A stretch of DNA of 64,000 bases from an uncultured bacterium (lineage in GTDB: Bacteria; DUMJ01), in the NCBI GenBank assembly GCA_937958695.1, contig CALGNK010000017.1, forward strand, positions 8,225 to 72,224, written 5' to 3'. A program made the translations under genes and the position numbers. Each line of letters begins with the position of its first letter. The stretch's first letter is position 1. Below are positions 58,439 through 64,000 of the stretch, in pieces. The notes below the pieces were generated by a model that was given only the letters and a program-made list of their open reading frames with translations, did no database searches and was not told the origin of the DNA.

Positions 58439-60337
58439 TTACTTCTCAAAGAATGATTGTTCTACGTACATATTAGCAGCTATCGCTTGACCTGAACGTG
58501 GAACATTTTTTAGATTTGCGGGAGTTATTAAAACATATTTTGCCCTCTCTACTATAGGGAAGTAATAGACGTTATCATAGTATAGCTTATACATCTCATT
58601 GGTAAGCCTTACATCTTGAGTAGAATAAGGTATAGCGGAAAGTCTACCTTCGTGAATCTTGTAGAGACGTTTTATATCTGCAGGAGGCTCTTCTCCCTCT
58701 TTTCCGTTTGTAGAATACCACCTTGCCCACTGGGGAGCCCACTGCGAAGTGGGTAGGTAATCTGTCCATGTTCCATCTTTCCACATGGGTTGGACACTCC
58801 ATATCACACATGCCTGAGCCTCATTTGCTGCTAGTCTCTGGCCCCATAAAGATGGATCTATTCTCTTAAGGGAAACCTTAAGTCCTATCGACTTTAGATG
58901 CTCCGTAACTAGCTCGGCTGCTGGCATTAAATCGGGAGCGTGTGCTCCAGATTCAATAAGAATTTCAAAGACTTTTCCATCTGGTCCTAATCTCCATCCA
59001 TCAGGACCTCTCTTTAAGCCTATTTCATCTAAGAGCTGTTCTGCTTTAGTAGGGTTATACTCACTAGGAACAGTCTTAGGCAATGAAGCAAAACCATAGT
59101 AAACACTGTCTATAATCTCTTTACGATTTATAGCCATATTTATCGCTCTTCTGAATCTTACGTCTTGGACTACTTTTCTCCATACAGGGTCTTTATAAGT
59201 TAGATTTAGGTATACAGCACTAGGATCAACATGCATTTCTAAAAGAGAAACCTTATAACCAGCTTTCTTTTCATTCTGCTTATATAGCGGAAGCTTAATT
59301 AAGGCGGTGCTCTCTCTAAGGAAGTTTACCTCTCCTGTTAAAACCCTCATATTTGCCATCTCTGCATCTTGGACTTGTGTGGATATAATCTTATCTACAT
59401 ACGGCAGTTGATTTCCGGCAGTATCCACTTTAAAGTAATATGGATTTCTCTCCCATTCGTAAACTCCACCAGAGGCTTTTACTAATATCCAAGGAGTAAG
59501 TACAGGAAAACCGATACTTTTTGCCTGGGTTTGTTCCCAATTAGTAAAATCTTTAAGATGAAATAACTGCCACCATTCGTCTTTGAAGCCCTCTTTTTCC
59601 AATAAAGGCTTTAGTTTTTCAAGAGGAGTATACTTTATATGGAACTGCTTTAGATAATGTGAAGGTTTTATCAAGTCTGTATATCCACTCCAACCCTTTA
59701 CTGTTATTTCTCTGAGAAAGCCTCCATAAGGTTCCCTAAAGGATATTCTGAAAGAGTATTTATCTAAAATCTCTAATTTCATTGGTTCTCCGTCAGGTCT
59801 ACCACCACTTTTAAATTTAGATGGAAAAACTGGAGCTAACTTGTCATTTAAAAATATGTCCTCATAAGTAAATCTAATATCTTCAGTGGTTACTGGTTGA
59901 CCATCAGACCACTTTAACCCTTCCCTCAATCTAAAGGTAAAAACCTTATTATCTTTACTTATTTCAAACTTCTCTACTATATTGGGTTTCATATCCTTTA
60001 CTCCTATACCCGGAGCAACAAGTAGATTTTCAGTGCAATTAGCAATAAAGACGTCGGGTGACCAATCTGCAGTCACATGAACTGCCTTTAAAACCCCGCC
60101 GTATTTACCCACTTGCCAATCTGGAAGGTCTTTCTTAGAGATTAATACACCTGGTCCTACTACAAATGGATTTTTGGGAAGCCTCTCTTCTACCGGTGGT
60201 AATTTCCCCTGTTTGACAAGCTCTGCTAATTGAGGTGCCTCATTATACTTTTTTTGAGCAAAAGAAAGATTAGAAAAACCTAAGAATAAACTAGCCACTA
60301 AAGTAGTTATCACTATCAATCCTAAAAATCTTCTCAT
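58439..60337 (-). CDS. ABC transporter family-5 substrate-binding protein, paralog of 50799..52715
   Basis: Signal peptide, EAPQLAELV..GKLPPVEERLP, KWSDGQP, RNPYYFKVD. Confidence 0.9.
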   Translation of the reverse strand: MRRFLGLIVITTLVASLFLGFSNLSFAQKKYNEAPQLAELVKQGKLPPVEERLPKNPFVVGPGVLISKKDLPDWQVGKYGGVLKAVHVTADWSPDVFIANCTENLLVAPGIGVKDMKPNIVEKFEISKDNKVFTFRLREGLKWSDGQPVTTEDIRFTYEDIFLNDKLAPVFPSKFKSGGRPDGEPMKLEILDKYSFRISFREPYGGFLREITVKGWSGYTDLIKPSHYLKQFHIKYTPLEKLKPLLEKEGFKDEWWQLFHLKDFTNWEQTQAKSIGFPVLTPWILVKASGGVYEWERNPYYFKVDTAGNQLPYVDKIISTQVQDAEMANMRVLTGEVNFLRESTALIKLPLYKQNEKKAGYKVSLLEMHVDPSAVYLNLTYKDPVWRKVVQDVRFRRAINMAINRKEIIDSVYYGFASLPKTVPSEYNPTKAEQLLDEIGLKRGPDGWRLGPDGKVFEILIESGAHAPDLMPAAELVTEHLKSIGLKVSLKRIDPSLWGQRLAANEAQACVIWSVQPMWKDGTWTDYLPTSQWAPQWARWYSTNGKEGEEPPADIKRLYKIHEGRLSAIPYSTQDVRLTNEMYKLYYDNVYYFPIVERAKYVLITPANLKNVPRSGQAIAANMYVEQSFFEK

Positions 60338-60482
60338 TCTAAATCCCTCCTCTAAGTTCTATGAAAATTATACTTTAACCACTCTCCTCTTAATGAGGCT
60401 ACTAAACTGTAGTATTTATAATCAGAAATATTAAATCTCTTCTATAAAATCACTTCCTCCTTTATAGCCTATACTAGTCTTA

Positions 60483-60510
60483 ATTATAGAATACTATGTA
60501 TAATTGTCAA
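60483..60510 (-). promoter_or_regulatory. Sigma70-type promoter for the SBP-Gfo-TIM-sulfatase-Gfo operon
   Basis: TTGACA-N16-TATAAT on minus strand. Confidence 0.65.
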
Positions 60511-60540
60511 ATGCTGAAAAATTTTTCAGGGCTAAGACTT

Positions 60541-61719
60541 TTAGAAACCATCTATTATCTCTCTTGAACCATCATCTGTCTCCATTACATAGAAATCAGG
60601 AATTAAACCTGTCTTTTCTGTATAATTCTTACCAACTAGAACTTTAAAATCTTCTACTACTGACTTATGAACAATACTTACAGTGCATCCTCCAAATCCT
60701 GCCCCAGTCATCCTACTACCCAAGACTCCCTCAACCTTTAGAGCTTCTTCAAAAAGTGTATCTAGTTCTTTCCCTGTTACTTCATATAGGTCTCTAAGAG
60801 ATTCGTGGGATGCTATCATCAACTTTCCAAATTCAACCAAGTCGTTTTTATTTAACACATCTATAGCTTTCAGTACCCTATCATCTTCATATATTACATG
60901 CCTTACTCTTTTTTCTATAATCGAGTCTTTTATCACATGCTTAGCAGACTCGAACATCTCTACTGTTACATCTCCAAGGCAGGTTATACCTGGCAGTTCT
61001 TTTTTTAATGCCTCTAAGCCCTTCTCACATTCTTTTCTTCGCTCATTATATTTAGAGTCTGCTAGACTTCTTTTCTTATTAGTATTGGTGATTACTAAGA
61101 CATAATCACCCAAATTTAATGGGACATACTTATACTCAAGTGTCTTACAGTTCAAAAAGATAGCATTATCCCTCTTACCCATAACTGAGGCAAATTGGTC
61201 CATTATACCGCAGTTTACTCCAACAAACTGATTCTCTGCTCTCTGAGCTAGAAGGGCTAACTCTACCCTATTAATCTCCTCATCCGGATTAAATACCTTT
61301 ATAAGTGCTATGCCCGTTGCACACTCTATTGCAGCTGAAGACGATAGACCTGCTCCATGAGGGACAGTATCATCAAAAAGCATATTGCATCCACTAACCT
61401 TATATCCTGCCTTTAGCAACTCATATGCAACTCCTAACTGATAATTTCCCCATTCTATCTTTCTATAGGCATCTAGATTTTCTATATCTGCACATACTAG
61501 TTCACTTAGATCTGTTGCAGATAGACATATCTTGTTATCTTCCCTTTTACCTATACATACTGTAGTACCAACGTTTAAAGCTACAGGCAAAACATACCCA
61601 CCATTATAGTCAGTATGCTCACCTAGAAGGTTGACCCTTCCTGGAGAATAAAAAAACCTTACCTGTTCATCTCTGAATATTTCTAAAAATTTTCTTTTTA
61701 GCTCATATATATTTGTCAT
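60541..61719 (-). CDS. galK: Galactokinase
   Basis: PGRVNLLGEHTDYN, GAGLSSSAA, CGIMDQ, RMTGAGFGGC. Confidence 0.96.
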   Translation of the reverse strand: MTNIYELKRKFLEIFRDEQVRFFYSPGRVNLLGEHTDYNGGYVLPVALNVGTTVCIGKREDNKICLSATDLSELVCADIENLDAYRKIEWGNYQLGVAYELLKAGYKVSGCNMLFDDTVPHGAGLSSSAAIECATGIALIKVFNPDEEINRVELALLAQRAENQFVGVNCGIMDQFASVMGKRDNAIFLNCKTLEYKYVPLNLGDYVLVITNTNKKRSLADSKYNERRKECEKGLEALKKELPGITCLGDVTVEMFESAKHVIKDSIIEKRVRHVIYEDDRVLKAIDVLNKNDLVEFGKLMIASHESLRDLYEVTGKELDTLFEEALKVEGVLGSRMTGAGFGGCTVSIVHKSVVEDFKVLVGKNYTEKTGLIPDFYVMETDDGSREIIDGF

Positions 61720-62684
61720 AAGCCTTTGAACCTCCTGTATGCCAACTTTAATTCCTCTGCCTTTTCCTCTGGAGCAGTAGTATTACAGGGAGCCCAAGCT
61801 CCGGTTTCACTAGATGCATTAAACTTTTGTTTGTCTTTAGACCTCATAGGTGGATAGAATTCTATATGGAAGTGGTAAAATTCATCACAGGATTCACTAT
61901 TTACAGGACTCTGATGCATACAAAGCATATAGGGAAACTCGTAATCAAAAAGACTATCTAGCATTCCAACAGTGTCTCGCAAGATTTCTGCTAAGGCAGT
62001 TTTTTCTTCATCTGAAAAATCTATAATCTTACTCTTATGATCTTTGCTTACTATAAATACGCCATAGGGATACTCTGTAAAAAATGGAAGATACGTAAAA
62101 AAGTGTTCATTTTCTATAATTAGTCGCTTTTTAAATGAAACCTCCTCTTTATTCATTCTACATATAAGACATTCATTCTTTTCTTCATAGTACCTTTTAC
62201 AGCTTTCTAATTCTCTTTGGATTTTTAAAGGTATATAAGAATATCCATATATCTGACCATGGGGATGGGGAATAGTCACTCCTACAACTTCTCCTCTATT
62301 TTCAAAGATAAATATATACTTTATCTTTTCATATTTACTCAATTCTACAAATCTATTACACCAAAGGTCAACGAGTTTTCGTATATGTGTAAGAGGAAGC
62401 TTGGGTAAAGAAGTATAATGGTCAGAAGAGTAAAGGATTACTTCACATTTACCATACGCTGGAGCTACTCTATAAAACTCGGTAGCTACATCGTCAGGTT
62501 CTGGCGGATTCAACATAAGGGCTGGGAAATCATTATCATAAGCTAGTACATCATAGTTATCTGGCACTTTACCTGAACCAGGACAAAAAGGGCACCAATC
62601 CTTAGGCATTTGGGGTCTCTCTTGCCTATGAGATGCTATCATAACCCAATCATTAAGGAGAGGATTCCATCTTAGCTCAGCCAT
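61716..62684 (-). CDS. galT: Galactose-1-phosphate uridylyltransferase
   Basis: RWNPL..W, CPFCPG, NDFPAL, FENRG, PHPHGQ. Confidence 0.93.
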   Translation of the reverse strand: MAELRWNPLLNDWVMIASHRQERPQMPKDWCPFCPGSGKVPDNYDVLAYDNDFPALMLNPPEPDDVATEFYRVAPAYGKCEVILYSSDHYTSLPKLPLTHIRKLVDLWCNRFVELSKYEKIKYIFIFENRGEVVGVTIPHPHGQIYGYSYIPLKIQRELESCKRYYEEKNECLICRMNKEEVSFKKRLIIENEHFFTYLPFFTEYPYGVFIVSKDHKSKIIDFSDEEKTALAEILRDTVGMLDSLFDYEFPYMLCMHQSPVNSESCDEFYHFHIEFYPPMRSKDKQKFNASSETGAWAPCNTTAPEEKAEELKLAYRRFKGL

Positions 62685-62762
62685 CTAATCAACTCCTTTC
62701 CAACTGTAAATATCAATGTCTAATTATATCATAATTCCCATCTATAATATTATTGCAAGAAT

Positions 62763-62799
62763 AAAGAGAACAAAGAGGGATAGGTATTTAACCTATCCC
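62763..62799 (-). terminator. Intrinsic terminator after osmC-like gene
   Basis: GGGATAGGT/ACCTATCCC 9-bp stem, TCTTTGTT tail on minus strand. Confidence 0.65.
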
Positions 62800-62837
62800 A
62801 TTATTGAAATTTACAAAATTATTAAATCACACAATAT

Positions 62838-63272
62838 TTACTTAAGAGTTATATGAATCGGTGTAGGATTTCTAAGGTTATCCCCTACGGGGCATCTCTC
62901 CTCTATAGCCTTTACCCATTCTTCTAACTTCTCTCTAGAAGCATCGGATTTTACTTCTATTTCTAGATCAATACTCTTATACCCTGTCCTATCTGGACTT
63001 GCTTTACCCATAAACTTTAGAGGATTAAGGTCTCCTGAAAGCTTAATCTTGAAGCTTTCTATCTTTATTCCCATCTCATTAGCTACTACCTGTCCTACAA
63101 TTACAACACAACCACCTAAAGCCATAAGGACATACTCTACAGGATTGGGTCCCTTATCTTTTCCCCCTAAGTTTGGGGGTTCATCTATATATAAAGTAAA
63201 ATCCCTAGCCTTTGCCTCTACAGTAAAACCCTCCTTCCACTCTACTTGAGCCTCAAATCTTATATCGCTCAT
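62838..63272 (-). CDS. OsmC family protein
   Basis: DEP..LGG.D.GPNPVE, GGC, ERCPV; start ATG 63272 after AAGGAGG. Confidence 0.88.
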   Translation of the reverse strand: MSDIRFEAQVEWKEGFTVEAKARDFTLYIDEPPNLGGKDKGPNPVEYVLMALGGCVVIVGQVVANEMGIKIESFKIKLSGDLNPLKFMGKASPDRTGYKSIDLEIEVKSDASREKLEEWVKAIEERCPVGDNLRNPTPIHITLK

Positions 63273-63407
63273 AATGTTTTGACCTCCTTTTATAATAAAT
63301 TCTATCAACATTATAACATTAATTGAAAAATTTTCAAAATAGTTTGAATCTGTCTATATTGTGATTTATAATCTAAATCTAGTAATCTAAAAATTAGGGG
63401 TGAGCTT

Positions 63408-64000
63408 ATGGAGATATTAATAATAGGATTAGGAAGGATGGGAGCAAATATTGCAAGAAGACTAAATAAGGGAGGGCATAAGGTATTTGCCTATAATAGG
63501 ACTCAAGAGAAGACTAAAGAAATAGAGAAGGAAGGAATAATAGGGGTATATTCTCTAGAAGAGATACCGAATATACTATTACCTCCAAGGGTGGTCTGGG
63601 TAATGTTACCAGCTGGTGAACCTACTGAAGAAATGATAGAGACGCTAACCAAGATACTCTCTCCAAACGATATTATTATAGACGGAGCAAACTCAAATTA
63701 TAAAGATACAATAAGACGAGCTTCTATATTAAAAGAGAAGGGCTTCAGATTTATAGATGTAGGAACTAGCGGAGGTATTTGGGGATTAACAGAAGGTTAT
63801 AGTCTTATGATAGGTGGAGACAGAGAAACAGTAGAGTACCTTAGACCCATATTCGAGACCTTAGCCCCTTCTCCCAATACAGGATGGGGCCATGTAGGTC
63901 CAAATGGAGCAGGACATTTTGTAAAGATGGTACACAACGGAATAGAATACGGTATGATGGAATCTCTTGCAGAAGGTTTCGAAATCCTTAAGAATAAAGA
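63408..64000 (+). CDS. gnd: 6-phosphogluconate dehydrogenase (decarboxylating, short type), runs off window
   Basis: Not in ORF track; manual translation MEILIIGLGRMG...WVMLPAG...DVGTSGGIWG...GAGHFVKMVHNGIEYG. Confidence 0.92.
   Translation, partial: MEILIIGLGRMGANIARRLNKGGHKVFAYNRTQEKTKEIEKEGIIGVYSLEEIPNILLPPRVVWVMLPAGEPTEEMIETLTKILSPNDIIIDGANSNYKDTIRRASILKEKGFRFIDVGTSGGIWGLTEGYSLMIGGDRETVEYLRPIFETLAPSPNTGWGHVGPNGAGHFVKMVHNGIEYGMMESLAEGFEILKNK

Noticed and set aside
60368-60461. Two SD-like motifs followed by GTG mini-ORFs (MIL*, MVKV*) in the SBP leader
   Set aside because: SD-to-start spacing is only 1-2 nt and no attenuator structure is visible
1822-63249. Many other 60-180 aa ORFs nested in or antisense to real genes (e.g. 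23055..23504, 29324..29854, 42537..42959, 60683..61105)
   Set aside because: Overlap well-supported genes and have typical shadow composition
1-64000. tRNA, rRNA, IS elements, prophage, integrase
   Set aside because: Intergenic gaps are 270 bp or less with no cloverleaf or terminal repeats, and no ORF carries such motifs; judged by eye only

Overview
AT-rich (roughly 35% GC by eye), very densely coded bacterial chromosome segment. The Glu/Lys/Ile-rich proteins, rubrerythrin and archaeal-like paralogs suggest an anaerobic thermophile; Dictyoglomota/Caldisericota-like is an inference only. I saw no rRNA, tRNA, CRISPR array, transposase, integrase or prophage. Contents in order: (1) a ~13.5 kb minus-strand operon ilvE-lysA-hom-thrC-thrB-asd-lysC-ACT-DUF711-sugar epimerase-ADP-ribosylglycohydrolase-ilvC-murT; (2) moxR-DUF58-DUF4129-FGGY kinase-beta-CASP; (3) guaB3 and three M42 aminopeptidases; (4) ogg, a rubrerythrin pair, a DegT aminotransferase and two ORFans; (5) PNP-pdp-short tRNA nucleotidyltransferase; (6) a 270-bp divergent gap with tandem DnaA-box-like pairs (oriC candidate); (7) tdk-DUF1385-prfA-prmC-tsaC-rpiB-glyA-NAGPA-like; (8) GAF protein, hydrolase, ABC-2 exporter, yqeY, ugd; (9) a TPP-riboswitch operon thiD-surE-thiM-thiE; (10) an 11-kb convergent, mirror-like catabolic locus; (11) galT-galK, osmC and a partial gnd. 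Best candidates for undescribed biology: the divergent SurE inside the thiamine salvage operon (possible thiamine-phosphate phosphatase), and the convergent locus with two orphan family-5 binding proteins, two Thr-nucleophile 'sulfatases', two atypical Gfo/Idh/MocA dehydrogenases, a TIM-barrel protein, a cupin and a C-S lyase. All family calls come from motif recognition by eye; no database search was run.
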